Source of the DNA: Curvularia clavata | Taxonomy: Eukaryota | Assembly (NCBI GenBank): GCA_023920165.1 | Contig: CP089280.1 | Span: forward strand, 682,001-746,000 | Length of the DNA: 64,000 nt | Direction of reading: 5' to 3' | Shown here: piece after piece, positions 25,502 through 37,630 of the stretch | Layout of the letters: every line of letters starts with the position of its first letter | How positions within the stretch are numbered: position 1 is the first letter of the stretch | Position numbers and translations under genes: made by a program | The notes under the pieces: model-generated | What the model was told of the DNA's origin: nothing | Databases searched by the model: none | What the model saw: only the letters and a program-made list of their open reading frames with translations

Positions 25502-27031
25502 TCAAACCATCTCCTTCGCTTGCGGCCTGCCTCCTCGATGGTCCTGTCCCTGGACCCACTCCGACACATCAACCTCAGTCGTAACCATAATATTACCCAA
25601 GTCATGCCTGTCATGATGATGTTCGTGATTCAATCTCGCGAAGCTCTCTGTGCTACTCCTGGCGCCCGCTGACGCAGCCGGAGAGCTGCGACCAGACAAA
25701 GTGGTTGTCTCTGCATCTCTATTCGCCTGGCCGCCATGCGTGGCGTCAATCGTCGTCAGCATGTAAGATTTGCCCAAGGCGTCGTGAGAAAGGGGGTCGC
25801 CACTCTTGCCGTCAAAAAAACCACGGTCGGATATTTTTGGCGATGCGAGCGGCCCGTAGCTTTTAGTGGTTGAGCGCTCCTTTGTGCCTGCGCCATAGGT
25901 TCCAGATAGGTACTGTGGCTGAGATGCCTTGCGCGAGCCTTTGCCGTACGTGGAAGAGAGGATGGTGCGGAAGAGGGGTTTCAGGCAGGGCAGGTTACCG
26001 GCTACCATACCCACGTTGCATTCCTGGACTGTCCAGATGGTCAGGTTGCGCGAGTCCCACAGGAAGTCTCCTGCACGACCGTAGTTGCCAATGTACGAGA
26101 GCTTGACCATGGAGGCGGCGGTGGCAAAGGCGCCCAGTCCAAGAATACAGATTAGCGAGGCTTTGTGGCGTCGATTCATCTGTACGCCCCATAGCATTGG
26201 TACCTGTGTTGCTTTTGTGTTAGCGACATATTGCCATGGATTCGAGAGTATGTAGGTTTCAGATGCAGACGTACGGGAATACCAATCGAGAAGGCGAGGT
26301 CCGTAATCATGTTAAGCACAGTGTTAAGGTAGCCAAGGATCTTGATTTGCGTCACTGTCCAGCATGTGCCTTTGGCAGTGGGATCCCACATCATGGCGAT
26401 ATTTGTGCACTGCAACAGTACCGTCAGGATACATCCGAATGTATATACGCCCATGAAGACTGTAACATCCGAGTTAGCCATCGTCATGTGGGCGGGGCTC
26501 CTTGTCAAACTGACCCATAATGCCAATGATAAGTCGCCTAAACATGGGCCTGACTGCAATTCGCAAAAGAAAAAATCCCACAGAGATCTTCACTATACAG
26601 ATCCCTGCGAGATAGATCGGTTGCGATATAAAGTTCAGCTTCATTCCCATGGAGAAATCGGCAGGTGCGATGTACTCGATGTGTTGGCCTGCGCCGTAGA
26701 TGACCTGTGGCACAACAACGCATTGACCAGCAATGCACTTTGTACATCATCAGAAATGTTCGGGATCGTCTTGTAGGATTCATCGTACCAAGGCCATCGA
26801 CATGATCATTGTGTAGTCCTAGTGACGCAGAACTGTCAGTTATTTGCGAAACCCGCCATCTCGGTCAGTGCAACTCACATCCCACCCGATATTCCGAATC
26901 ATTCGGATACGCACATAGAGCCTGGCAATGGTAGTGGCCACCGCCAGAATCGTCACCGTCAGTGTGGCCCCGAGTATGGTGGGCCCTTGGTTCTCGTAGG
27001 GACGCATCGGCGCGTCTGCGCGTTGGATCAT
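25502..27031 (-). CDS. PTH11-like rhodopsin-domain integral membrane protein without CFEM (multi-exon)
   Basis: RLYVRIRMIRNIGWD|DY, YGAGQH, KISVGFFLLRI, LQC..WD...GTC, TDLAFS..P, ECNVGMVAGNLPCLKPL. Start could be slightly upstream (27046). Confidence 0.9.
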
Positions 27032-29481
27032 GGTCAAGGAACGCATGTGCTGGACGGAGACGGTTGAGAACCTCGCACCTAGGCGCATGCCATGGTTCTT
27101 AATTAGAAATTCCCAAGCAACATGCTAGCAAGCGATTGCAGCCAGCCGAAACTTGCAGCCCGTCCGCCAGGGGCACTACCACAGGATGAACTGTTTTCTG
27201 TGACTTGAACTGCAGAACCTTAAAACCGCCACACGGAGGTGTAGGAAAAGGGCATATTCTGCCAGTAATAGCCTGGTTCTGTATGGTAGTTTGCACTTAT
27301 CCCAGCTAATAAGGGAGCGCATTTCATCTATGCGATTGCCCGCATGTGGCAATCGTTACGGACTTTGCGTATTGGGCTAGTCAATTAGACAGGAGGAATC
27401 GATCTAGTGTACCTTGTTCGGGACAGATGCTCGGTTCAGCAGCCAGATACGATGGGCGAGGTACCATGCACGACATCACCCCCCGCGTGCACGAGAGAAT
27501 CTGTGAGTCGCTTCCCGTAGCGAAGCCCTAGAAGGGTAAAAGTCGTGATTGACAAGCGGCCATAATGAATCGGCAAATCGAACGGCACCGGGATGGCGCC
27601 GAAGACACATGTGAAGCTTCTCTTGTAAATGCCGTAATAGTTTGCATATTAGCGTTTGTTTAACCGTGTGCGATTGTCTGAGGTGGATCCGGTTGAAGCG
27701 GATGGTATCAGATCTCCCGCGGTACCAATCTCCAAGTATCCAGCAAAGTGAGCAGAGGTTTCAAGGAGCCGTGTGGATGAGGCCCGAATACCTGTCCCAA
27801 CGGACAATGATCCCTCAACATTAACAGGAGGATCAAGTGAGGGGAAGTGATACACTGCATCTCGGACTATGCAATGCACGTGTGTATTCGAAACTACAGG
27901 TTGAGCGATCCTTCAGCAAGGACCCTTGGTGGTCCCGTGATTTCAATACGGTCGAGAACTTGACACGGACCGAATTTACACGAAGAAGGATTCGGGAAGA
28001 GGAGCGGCTGAGCTGGAGCTGAAGCATCTCGCGATGAGAAATCTCGCGATGAGGCTCCACGACAAGATGCGCTTATGTGTCTAATTGGCGTCTGTGTCCT
28101 ATGTATGACACGACTTCAAGCGCTTGAGAAATGCCTCGCAGGATAAGCGAGAGCCCATGTGTCCTCGGAGGGGTCGAGAAATCTCTGAACGCTTGCAGTA
28201 CCGGTTAATATCAAAGTACGGAACGCCTGAATATCTCGTGCTAAGGTGGGGGTGCATGTATAAAAGAGGCTTGTATGGGAAGCGGGGGCCAATGGTAGCG
28301 TCCACGGAAAGCCATTTCTCTGGGCATACATGCGGACAAGATTATCCGTAAGAACAAGAGGTCGGAATAGTGTAATGACAAGGTCCGTGCGGCAAGGGAA
28401 GACGCGGGACGGGGGAGTCGGCAGGGCGGGCCTGAGCACTAGCATGGCGCCACTAATATGACACCGCGGACATCGCTTCCTCTTTGCCCTGCGCCATGCA
28501 CAATCGCCTGTCCCAGAATGGGCAGCTGGAATGTCCAAAGGATCTGTTGATTCGTCGAGACTGGTTTCTAGACCATAGGCGCATGCTGTCAGATAAACCT
28601 TCCTATCCAAAGGATCTTTGTGTCCCTCGGTCAAGCCGTGGGATTTACCACGTTTGCGGACCAGGAGGATTCTTCAGTCGCCCACGTGAACTCCAAAAGC
28701 GACGAGGCAGCTTCTTGTTTCCAGTGCCGGGACTTGCCAATGCAGAGCGTGGCTGAGTTAAGAAGACCTCGAAGTCCGCTTTGCATGGCGAGAATCGTAA
28801 TCCGCCTCCTGCCCATTACTCGCAGGAACACATGGAGACTGTTCGGCTCGCCGGGAACTAGAACATCACCAGATCTTTGGGGACTCCGCCTATGGGGCTA
28901 TGGGGCCGCCATGCTCAGCTGGGTCGCCCTTCTTCACACGATAGGCGTTTCTGTTCTCGAGCATTGCGCCATGCCGGGAGCTTCCATCCGATATCAGTGT
29001 ATGCTCATTTCCCCCCAACCATAGCACTGGAAACGCATTGCTGCTGGCGGTATACACTCTGTTGTAAGGATAGCCCATTGGGTTAATCTTAGAATTCACG
29101 GTCCTTGTCACCAGGAATAGGTCGCATTGCTTGAAGAGTAGCTGGTCCTTATGCTCCAAGGCCTAGTTGCTATTGGCTTAACCTGTGTCAGGGCCTTACC
29201 CTAAACCCTGAACAGCTTTTCTTGTCAGTACACGCCGCACTCTAGCTGCGGTCGAGTATACGATTGCAGTATGGCTAATGTGGCTTTCGGCATACGGTCG
29301 CCACCAATACCGGCAGTTGCCCAAAATTATATCCGAATATTCTTACTCGCAGCACATGTAGCACAAGTATATCTTGAAGAGTGTATCTGCTTTTTCGTCT
29401 TACGGCAGCCATACGCTCCAGCTCTTTACTTTTGCCACATTCTTTACTTCTAGGCCTAATACTCGTAATACACAGTACAAG

Positions 29482-30763
29482 ATGCGTTTCAACTCTCTTG
29501 CGCTCTTCCTCACAGCTGCGGCGCTGTCTAACGCGCTACCGGCGCCACAAAACGACCCTTCGCTACCTACCGAGCCCTCAAGCGACCCTGCAGTTGCCAG
29601 CCAGCAAATTGATCAGCTCGCTGCTTTTGCGGAGGAGCAAGTCAAGGCATTGTTGGAAGGCAGCTCGACCAAGCGAGCCCCTTGCAACATCAACACTGTC
29701 GCCGTTCGCCGGGAATGGAACGACCTGTCCAAGCCAGAGCGTAAGGCTTACACTGACGCCGTCCTGTGCCTACAGGCCAAGACAGGCAAGACACCGGCTT
29801 CCTATGCTGCGGGAGCCAAGACACGATTCGATGACTTTGTCGCGAACCACATTGACCAGACCCTCTTCATTCACTACACCGGTACCTTCCTCGCCTGGCA
29901 CCGCTACTTCACATGGCAGTATGAGCAAGCCCTCCGCAACGAGTGCGGTTACAAGGGCTACCAGCCCTACTGGAACTGGGCCCTGACGGCCGAGAGTGGA
30001 TTGGACAACTCGCCCATGCTTGACGGCTCAGAGTACTCCATGTCTGGCAACGGCGAGTTCATCCCCAACAAGGGCGAAGTCGTCATTGCGGGTACTGGGC
30101 CTCCAGAGATCCGTCTGCCATCTGGTACTGGCGGTGGCTGCGTCAAGAGCGGCCCCTTCAAGAACCTGAGTAAGTTATCACTACACCACGAGAGACATCT
30201 ATCATATACTAACCAATTTCCTTACAGAGGTCAACCTCGGCCCCGCCTCCCTCAACCTCGACGATGGCACCACCATTGCCAACGGCGACGGCAAATCCTA
30301 CAACCCGCGCTGCCTCAAGCGCGATTTGACCGACTACGCCAACAAGAAGTGGGCCAACGCCACCTCCATCGCCAGCCTCATTCTCCAGAACAAGGACATC
30401 TGGAACTTCCAAATGACCATGCAAGGCTGGCCGGGAACCCCCGAGCTGGGTGTCCACGCCGGAGGCCACTACTCCATGGGCGGCGACCCCGGCCGTGACT
30501 TTTTCGTTTCCCCCGGCGACCCGCTGTTCTACCTGCACCACGCACAAGTTGACCGTGTGTGGTGGATCTGGCAGCAGTTGGATCGCAAGACGAGGACAGG
30601 CGCACAGGGTATTTCTGGCACTAGCACTTTCCAGAACCTACCCCCGTCGGCGAATACCACGCTCGACACGGTGATTGATCTGGGCTATGCGGCCTCTCCT
30701 CCCCGTAAGATGTCGGAGCTTATGAGCACGACTGCGGGACCTATGTGCTATATTTATGCTTAG
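29482..30763 (+). CDS. Secreted tyrosinase / di-copper (type-3) oxidase, short form (2 exons)
   Basis: Signal peptide and propeptide ending STKR; RREW, CuA (NH..IHYTGTFLAWHR), QPYWNW, CuB (VHAGGH..SPGDPLFYLHHAQVDRVW); ends CYIYA*. Confidence 0.93.
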
Positions 30764-31247
30764 AGGGGTGTAGAGGGATGGCTTCGTGTATATACCTAGA
30801 ACGATAAGGGCTTTTTGTTGCCTCATGTAATAGACGCTAATGATGTTGACCATGTTTCGTTGCATGTTTGTGAAGTCTGTGTGCTGGTGCGATGTCTGTG
30901 ATGAAGTATCCCGAACACTTGCGAGAAGGGTAGTCTGGAAGCCAGCGCGTGTTAGCCAATAAATCACCTGACCGGAAAGGTTGGCAGCGAAGTGAAAAAA
31001 GACTTCATTCAAATCCCTCAGATAGCAAGTATATCAGCGTTCTTTTCTTTCCAGCAACACAAACAGCCCAGGAGATTGATACCAGACAGCCAGATAAAAG
31101 CGAATAAGTAGACTCATTCATGATAATAGCAGCTCCCAAACGCCCATATCAGAAGACAGGCTCCTCAGCCCACTAAAAACCCTCTTTAAATCAGGCATAC
31201 ATTACCGTAACCTCAATATCCACACTGTACTACTCTCAATCCACATG

Positions 31248-32078
31248 TTAAAAGATCGAGTTGACAATGTTTCCACCAATCGTTGCGCCTACAAAAAAAC
31301 GTAAGCCATTAAAAAATGCCATTAACAATCTTGCCACCGATAGTCGCACCTGCACCAAAAATCGCCGCGTTACCCAGCTTCTTTCCAAACTTCTTGCCCT
31401 GCTGCTCGACCTTGCTTGGCTCAGCCGGGGTTGCCGGTGCCTGGGCACCAGACGCCACATCGAGGGGCATGTTGCCGTAGTTTGAGGGCGCAGGAGCAGC
31501 GTTGTAGGCGGGCATGACGCTCTTTTCTTCTTTGCGCACGTAGCTGGCGGGGAAAATGCCTTCCATGCCGGTGCGCTCGTTGCGGCCTTTCCACCATTCG
31601 TTGTTCATGTACTCGGTTACGGCGACTTTGTCGTTGGGCATCAGCGCAAGGTCGCCCGCATCTTGTGCGTTGTATTGGTACATGGCGGAGGCGTAGCAGA
31701 GTACGGGGAGCCCGGCGGGCGCAGCGGGCGCAGAGGGGTAGGCTGGCGGGGGCGCGTTGGCTGGCGCATCGGCATAGTAGCCGACATTGGAGGCTTTCTT
31801 CTCTGGAGGTGGTGTGGGCTCGCTTTGGATGTTCATCTGAGAGAGTTGCTGGGTTGGCACGGCGGGAAGCGTGCGGGCGCTGTTCTCGGCTGAGACGGGC
31901 AGTTGGGCGGCAATGGCATCGTGTTGCGCAGTAGTGATGGCATTGGATTCGACAAGGAATTGCAGGTTCTGGGCTTGTTTAACAAGAATCGATGTTAAAA
32001 GCGGTGGTGGTTCAGACTCACGTTCCTGATGTCGCCGAGTGATCGGTTGATCATGGCATTCCTGAAGCTGTCCGCCAT
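31248..32078 (-). CDS. SH3-domain protein of the Lsb1/Pin3 (Csh3) family
   Basis: MADSFRNAMINRSL exon; PPPAY motif; SH3 (AMYQY..DL..WWKG..GIFPASYV); conserved tail KKFGKKLGNAAIFGAGATIG. Two possible C-termini (see findings). Confidence 0.9.
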
Positions 32079-32566
32079 GGTGGAGTCTTGTTGGTCACAG
32101 TCTTATGAAGTCGCTTTCGGATGTGCGAAACAACGAGGCTCGTAGGGAATACGTGTGCTGTGTTTGTTGTTGTGTTAATAGAAAGAGAGCGAAGGCGTGA
32201 GGCAGAAGGGCGGCCCAAGGGCAAGAGTGGAGAGGAATACGAGGGGACAACGTTAGCGGCACACTACTCGGGACGTCTGCGCCGCATTTGGGGCTATGCT
32301 TAATTTGCACCTGTTGGCTGCGTCGCAACAGTGGGCACGTTGTTTATTTGTGGACGCGCATGAAACACAGCAGCACACGCAGTGTCTCCAAGACTTTCTT
32401 TTTGGAATGACATTTATTGTTGCGCGGCGTGATTGTGATGTCTTTCCTTGTCCTTTGCACAGCCACACCAAGTCTAGGATCTATACGCGGCGGCTTGAAC
32501 CCGTCGTCGGGCTACCCAGGTTCAGCCCCCCACCCGTTTCTTGTCCGTACAGCCGCCCGCCCAGAA

Positions 32567-33343
32567 CTATGACAAGAACCTCTGCTTCCACAACTCTTGT
32601 CTCTTGTTCTCGAACGCGTCAAAAGCCTGGTTCGAGAATCCTACTGGAATCTGGTCCTTGCCTTCAACCAATCCCTTCCAGGCCTCGTCGGTAAACTCGT
32701 CCAGCGGCATACCCATGCTGCGTCCGTTCTTAATATCCGGCTGATGCTTTTCGTCGTGCAGCTCCGTCTGGACGGCTGGTGGGAAGATCTCGATAACCTT
32801 GATGTTTCCGGGTCCACTTGCCAGCTGGTGGCGCAGTACGAGAATCATGTGATGCAGCGCCGCCTTTGAAGCGCAGTAGTTTGGACAACGCGGGAGCGGC
32901 AGGAGCGCAAGACCAGAAGTCGTGTACACTAGTGACGTCTCCTTGTCTTGTTTTTGCAGGAACGGTATAAAGGCCGTCGTCAGATGCATGTAGGACAGGT
33001 AATTGGTTTTAAACTCCAGTTCCAGCACGTCCAGGTCGACAGTCTCGGGCTTGGAGAAGTCGAAGCCGCGCTGCATGCCCGAGTTGAGAAACACGCAGTC
33101 GAGATCCGGGTGCTTGCTTGTTACATCCTTGACGAACTTGGGGATTTCGTCAAGTTTCGTAATGTCGAAGACGACACTGTCCACCTTGTCGCTACCGTGC
33201 TTCTTTTGGAATTCGTCGAGCCGGTCTTGCCGCCGCCCGACAATGACGGCGTGCTTGCCATCTTGAACAATTCGCTCTGCCAACGCCCAACCAATTCCCG
33301 ATGTCGCACCGATTACGAGAACTTTGTTGTATTTGAGAGACAT
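32567..33343 (-). CDS. Short-chain dehydrogenase/reductase (DltE-like)
   Basis: IGATSGIG Rossmann motif, LNSG, catalytic YCASK and PPAVQTELH. Confidence 0.93.
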   Translation of the reverse strand: MSLKYNKVLVIGATSGIGWALAERIVQDGKHAVIVGRRQDRLDEFQKKHGSDKVDSVVFDITKLDEIPKFVKDVTSKHPDLDCVFLNSGMQRGFDFSKPETVDLDVLELEFKTNYLSYMHLTTAFIPFLQKQDKETSLVYTTSGLALLPLPRCPNYCASKAALHHMILVLRHQLASGPGNIKVIEIFPPAVQTELHDEKHQPDIKNGRSMGMPLDEFTDEAWKGLVEGKDQIPVGFSNQAFDAFENKRQELWKQRFLS

Positions 33344-33646
33344 TGTTTATAAAGTACAAATGGGCCGTTAAAAAGTGCGTCTCAAACCCAAGCTCAAATT
33401 GCTCACGGGTTTATAGCAGTCTTTGGCTCGAGTATAGAAGACATCATCATGTTGCAACGAGCCAATCTCTGCCCTAGCTTTTCTCACTACTCGACCCACA
33501 CTCCGTAGATTCCGGAAGCGAGCAAGATATGATCGCGTTCTGATGGTGCCCAAAAAACTTCGTCGTTATGTTGGAGATACGTCATGGCGATCGGTTTTTC
33601 GGCACTTGTTTCGGCGAGGTACTGGCATGGCCACCTCATGTCGGCA

Positions 33647-36244
33647 CTACGCTCGCCATTCGTTCAGCAATTCCACCACAATCTGTGTATCTGGATGTTG
33701 GTTGCCAAGGATACGCTGGCGCAGCTGCACACATTTTTCCAGCAACGCAAAGGCCTCCTCGTGACGATCTAGAGAATACCACACAAGAGCGACACTGTGC
33801 ATGCTAAACAGCGTATCGGGATGCTCTTCGCCAAGCACCCTCTTTCTGCCCTCCATCGCTTCCATATTTAGCTCCTCGGCTTCTGCCAATCGCCCTTGAA
33901 TCCTATATGTGGATGCCAAGTTGGCCATACTAAGAAATGTTATCGAATGCTCCTCGCCGAAAAATTCTTTTCTCCCTTGCAGCACTTGCTCTTCTAGCTC
34001 TTCAGCTTCTTTGACTCGTTCTCGCTGCCAGTATACGCTTGCTAGGTTGGCCATGCTGGTAAGGGTTTCGGGGTGCTTGTCACCATATATTCTCCTATGT
34101 ACCTGCAGATTTTGCGTCTCTAGCTCTTCAGCCTCTTCCAAGCACCCTTGCTCCAAGTATGCTAATGCCAAGTCAGATTTGGCAATAAGAGTGTGACGAT
34201 GCTCTTCGCCATAGACTCTTATTGAAATCTGAAGCCCTTGCTTCTCTAGCTCTTCAAATTCCTTATAGCGTCCTTCTGCATACAGAGTCGCACTGTATTT
34301 CCATAGAAGACTCAATCTCCTTTTGTCATCATCAGCCAACATACCGTGCAACAAAGCGTATTGGGCATGTGGTAACAGTCGTCTCCACTTGCTCCTGTTA
34401 CTGTGGTCGTCGATTGGGTATACCCGGTCCAGCTGTGCGATGGTGCGTCGGGTCCACTCTCCAAGCCGCCCTCGCACTGCCAACCATTCGCGTAGAGCTT
34501 GATGGACAAGTCTATGAATGTCGAACGCTGAATCAGCAGGTCTCCGGGTGACGAGTGCAAACATCTCGAGGACCTTGACAGCGTCTTCCCTTACTTGTAT
34601 TGAGGCTGCTTCGAAAAGATCAAGCGGAATGTCTTTCCGGTCTACGCATGCAGCGAGAAAGAGATAGTCTACAGCCAAGCTGTTATCCCGGCTGATCTGA
34701 TCTATAGAGACTGAAAGAGTGGTAGCAACTGGACCTCTTGTATCGGGATCCTGAAGCTTAATCTCAGCGGAGGTATCGCTGTGTCTAGTAGCTGCTTTGT
34801 TGAGCTTATCTAGCTGAGATCTATATTCTTGTACCGTCATATTGCTAGTATTCATGCAGGCCGCCGCTTGGAAGACTGCTAGAGGAAGATACAACAGCTC
34901 CCTGAGCAAGGGCTCAGCTTCTTGCAGCTCAGCATTCGACAGTGGCCTCGCTAGCCGGTCTGTCAGCATCTTCAGCGCCATTTTTGGTGGCAGCTCTTGC
35001 AACGTTATGATGTTCCGCGAAGCAAGCACTTCAGCTGTATCAGCGTTGGTTGTTGTGAAGATTGCAGAACATAGCTTGGACTGCGGCAGACAATCAGTGA
35101 GGTTTACAGTTCCTGTGTTTGACGAGCCACCAGACTGGAGAGTGGTGTCCTCTGCGTTGTCGAACATTAGTAGACATTGTCGCGCGCTCAAACTTGCCAC
35201 ACAGTCTTGTATCACCCGCTCCATGTCAGCATGGTCATCGTCCCAACCTGCAATATTGAGTTTCTGCGCAACACTTGCATACGACTGGTACAGGCGGTCT
35301 TTGTCGCTTGCGTCAATCCAGAAGACGGAGCAGTTCCTGATTTTCTGCCTTGTTCTATGTGCAACTTCGAGCGCAAGCTGTGACTTCCCTGTTCCGCCTA
35401 GTCCAACTATTGCTAGTGTGGTCGTTTGCTCGCTACTGAAGAGCATCGCTTCTACCGCAGCAAGCTGCGAATCTCGACCAACAAAGCCAGGATTTTGTGA
35501 GAACGGAATGATAGAAGGTGCATTGCCGACTGCCTCTAATTCACCCTCCAGTCTTCTTTGTGCAATCTCCCGTCCTTCGCCATAAACGACGGGCATAGAG
35601 ACGCCAAGAATCCCTAGCAGACAGTAGACAATATCTTCTTCTTCTTTTGTTCTGCGGCTTTGGACCCATCGCATTCGTTCGTATGTGGTGAAGCCCTCTA
35701 AGGAGCAATCGCGCAGTGCCGCGAGTGGAATGTTGGTAACATCGTGTATAAGTTCTCCGAGTGATGTTTTGTCGCCTATGCGCTTTCCTTCACACGAGAA
35801 GAACTTTACCGACGCTGGCGCGATAAGCTCTTGCAACGTCCAACCACGTGTGAACCATGCGCTCGCACGGAATGATGCTTCCCAGTCGTTGCATTCAGGC
35901 GTCTCTGTCGATACGTCTGATAGGAAGACGTAGCAATGCGCCGCATTTTTGTACCACTGGAACATCAGGTTAATCGCTCTCGACAGCTCGTGAAGGTTCC
36001 ATTTGTCGATGCAGCATGTGTCGATCCAAAAGTATTCAAGCCCGTCCTGGGCGGCCTGTTTGGCACAAAACTCCAGTTTTTTCAGGCCATTTTCTTGTTT
36101 CTTGTAGGCCCCATTTAATACGTCTTGCATAAGGATCTCGGAGTCGTTCCATCTGTGCGAGAGGATGGCGTAGGGTGGAGTCGTTTTGCCGTCAAAGTTG
36201 GTTAAGATGAGCTTTCCTAACTCGTCAAAGTGGAGAAGTCGCAT
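33647..36244 (-). CDS. Fungal NLR-like protein: HET - NB-ARC - TPR (865 aa, single exon)
   Basis: HET motifs YAILSHRW, FWIDTCCIDK, MFQWY, WFTRGWTLQELIAP; NB-ARC with NPGFVGR, Walker A GLGGTGKS, Walker B LLMFDNAED, LPLA, IHRLVH; 42-aa TPR repeats (GEEHPDTL..MANLA). Confidence 0.95.
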   Translation of the reverse strand: MRLLHFDELGKLILTNFDGKTTPPYAILSHRWNDSEILMQDVLNGAYKKQENGLKKLEFCAKQAAQDGLEYFWIDTCCIDKWNLHELSRAINLMFQWYKNAAHCYVFLSDVSTETPECNDWEASFRASAWFTRGWTLQELIAPASVKFFSCEGKRIGDKTSLGELIHDVTNIPLAALRDCSLEGFTTYERMRWVQSRRTKEEEDIVYCLLGILGVSMPVVYGEGREIAQRRLEGELEAVGNAPSIIPFSQNPGFVGRDSQLAAVEAMLFSSEQTTTLAIVGLGGTGKSQLALEVAHRTRQKIRNCSVFWIDASDKDRLYQSYASVAQKLNIAGWDDDHADMERVIQDCVASLSARQCLLMFDNAEDTTLQSGGSSNTGTVNLTDCLPQSKLCSAIFTTTNADTAEVLASRNIITLQELPPKMALKMLTDRLARPLSNAELQEAEPLLRELLYLPLAVFQAAACMNTSNMTVQEYRSQLDKLNKAATRHSDTSAEIKLQDPDTRGPVATTLSVSIDQISRDNSLAVDYLFLAACVDRKDIPLDLFEAASIQVREDAVKVLEMFALVTRRPADSAFDIHRLVHQALREWLAVRGRLGEWTRRTIAQLDRVYPIDDHSNRSKWRRLLPHAQYALLHGMLADDDKRRLSLLWKYSATLYAEGRYKEFEELEKQGLQISIRVYGEEHRHTLIAKSDLALAYLEQGCLEEAEELETQNLQVHRRIYGDKHPETLTSMANLASVYWQRERVKEAEELEEQVLQGRKEFFGEEHSITFLSMANLASTYRIQGRLAEAEELNMEAMEGRKRVLGEEHPDTLFSMHSVALVWYSLDRHEEAFALLEKCVQLRQRILGNQHPDTQIVVELLNEWRA

Positions 36245-36949
36245 AGCCTTTATATCTAGCTCCGGCTTGGCAAGGTGGGGTAGGGTCGGTTTTCACAGTG
36301 GACTGTTGTAGATCAATACAGGCACGACGTGTGAAAGCAGGGAGGTGAGGCTGGTTTTGGTTTGCTCTGGAGGCAGCCGATCAAGGCCACCAGGCTGACC
36401 CAGCTGGCCATAAAGCGCCTTGCATGGCCCCGCCTCATGATCTGCACTAGGACTGCATTCGCCTCGGAACCTCTTGTCGGATTAGCGCATCAGTGAGCAG
36501 AGCGGAACTATAAACCGCACGTGTAGTGTCTTGAAATCTTCTAGTTAGGGTTATCTCGACCTCCTAGTTTAGAGAGGCTAGCCGTGCCTTATTCTTTTCC
36601 ACTGCCTACTTTTTCGACTTCTCCTTCGACTCCGTTTTTCAGTGGACGAGAGACTTCTTCGTAGTGGACATTATACTTGGTTAAGAGATCTGTCAAGATC
36701 CGGCCCAGTTTGGACCGATCCAGCCCAAATTACCTTAGTTCTCACTATATTTGTCATTAAGGGTTAGTTATAACTAGCTATCTAGATACAACCATTCATG
36801 ACTTTATTTAGTCTTACTTAGCTAAGCGAGATAGTCTAGTTATAGGTAAAAAAAAACTAAGATACTATGCACACAGCTAGATAGTTCCTGACATGGAATC
36901 TCGCATTTTACCAAAGTCAATCACGTAATCATGTTGCAAGAAGCGTCAA

Positions 36950-37630
36950 GAATCCACGTGATCTATCTTGAGTTGATGCTCTGACCTCCTTCTGCCATCA
37001 ACGCTTACTAAATAACTATTCTCTTAGTTACTTCTCCCAATAACCATAATTAAGAAGCCCTTATCATCTATATTGTATACATCTCGAGCTTCAAGATGAT
37101 ATTCAGTAATTTTTTGGTGTAGTAGCTCGAAGTAGAGCTTATACTTTGACCCAGAATCAGCTACGTGATGTGCATGATCGATGGCGATGGTCCACTTCGA
37201 GATGAGATGGAGTTTATGTTGGTTGATGAAGCGAGTAACCCAGCTCTCGCTAAGCTCCTTACGAACTACTGCCGACGAGAAATTCCTAATCATCTACCTC
37301 GTGGGAGGAAGGCTTTGTTTGGTAAGCTTAGTGATATACCGTATAAGCTCCGGCTCCTAGCGTTGGGTAAGTTTGAATTGATTAGCTATCTTAGTGTCAC
37401 GCGAAGCCTGTAACTCTTGGTGTCTTCGGTTTAGCGTTGAGCGATTAATGTTGTATTTTGCAGCTACTTTCTTATACCAAAAAGACTCGCAAATGAATAT
37501 CTTCAATTGAAACTTGAATCAAATCCATATTGGTAGAGTTATAACGCGTCAACGTTATGGTGTCACTACTATTTTGGTGTTGGGCGGGGCCTCAAGCGTA
37601 CGGGCACGGTATAAGTATTGGTGGTATAAT
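36950..37630 (-). mobile_element. Degenerate pogo/Fot1-family (Tc1/mariner) DNA transposon remnant, probably RIP-mutated
   Basis: MDLIQVSIEDI start at 37528, HTH (VAAKYNINRSTLNRRH), CENP-B HTH (LPPTR*MIRNF..SESWVTRFI) and start of the DDE domain (YNIDDKGF, consensus YNMDEKGF). Has in-frame TAG stops, a frameshift and TpA-rich flanks. TIR pair not identified; boundaries approximate. Confidence 0.85.

Noticed and set aside
29482..33343. Tyrosinase plus SDR as part of a dikaritin (ustiloxin/phomopsin-type) RiPP or other secondary-metabolite cluster
   Set aside because: No repeated KR-delimited precursor peptide, DUF3328/UstYa gene, PKS, NRPS or terpene synthase is visible in the window.
33400..36500. 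Amyloid signalling motif (HET-s/sigma/PP type) linking the NLR to an adjacent effector
   Set aside because: The NLR starts directly with a HET domain, and no N/Q/G-rich pseudo-repeat or HeLo/gasdermin neighbour was seen.
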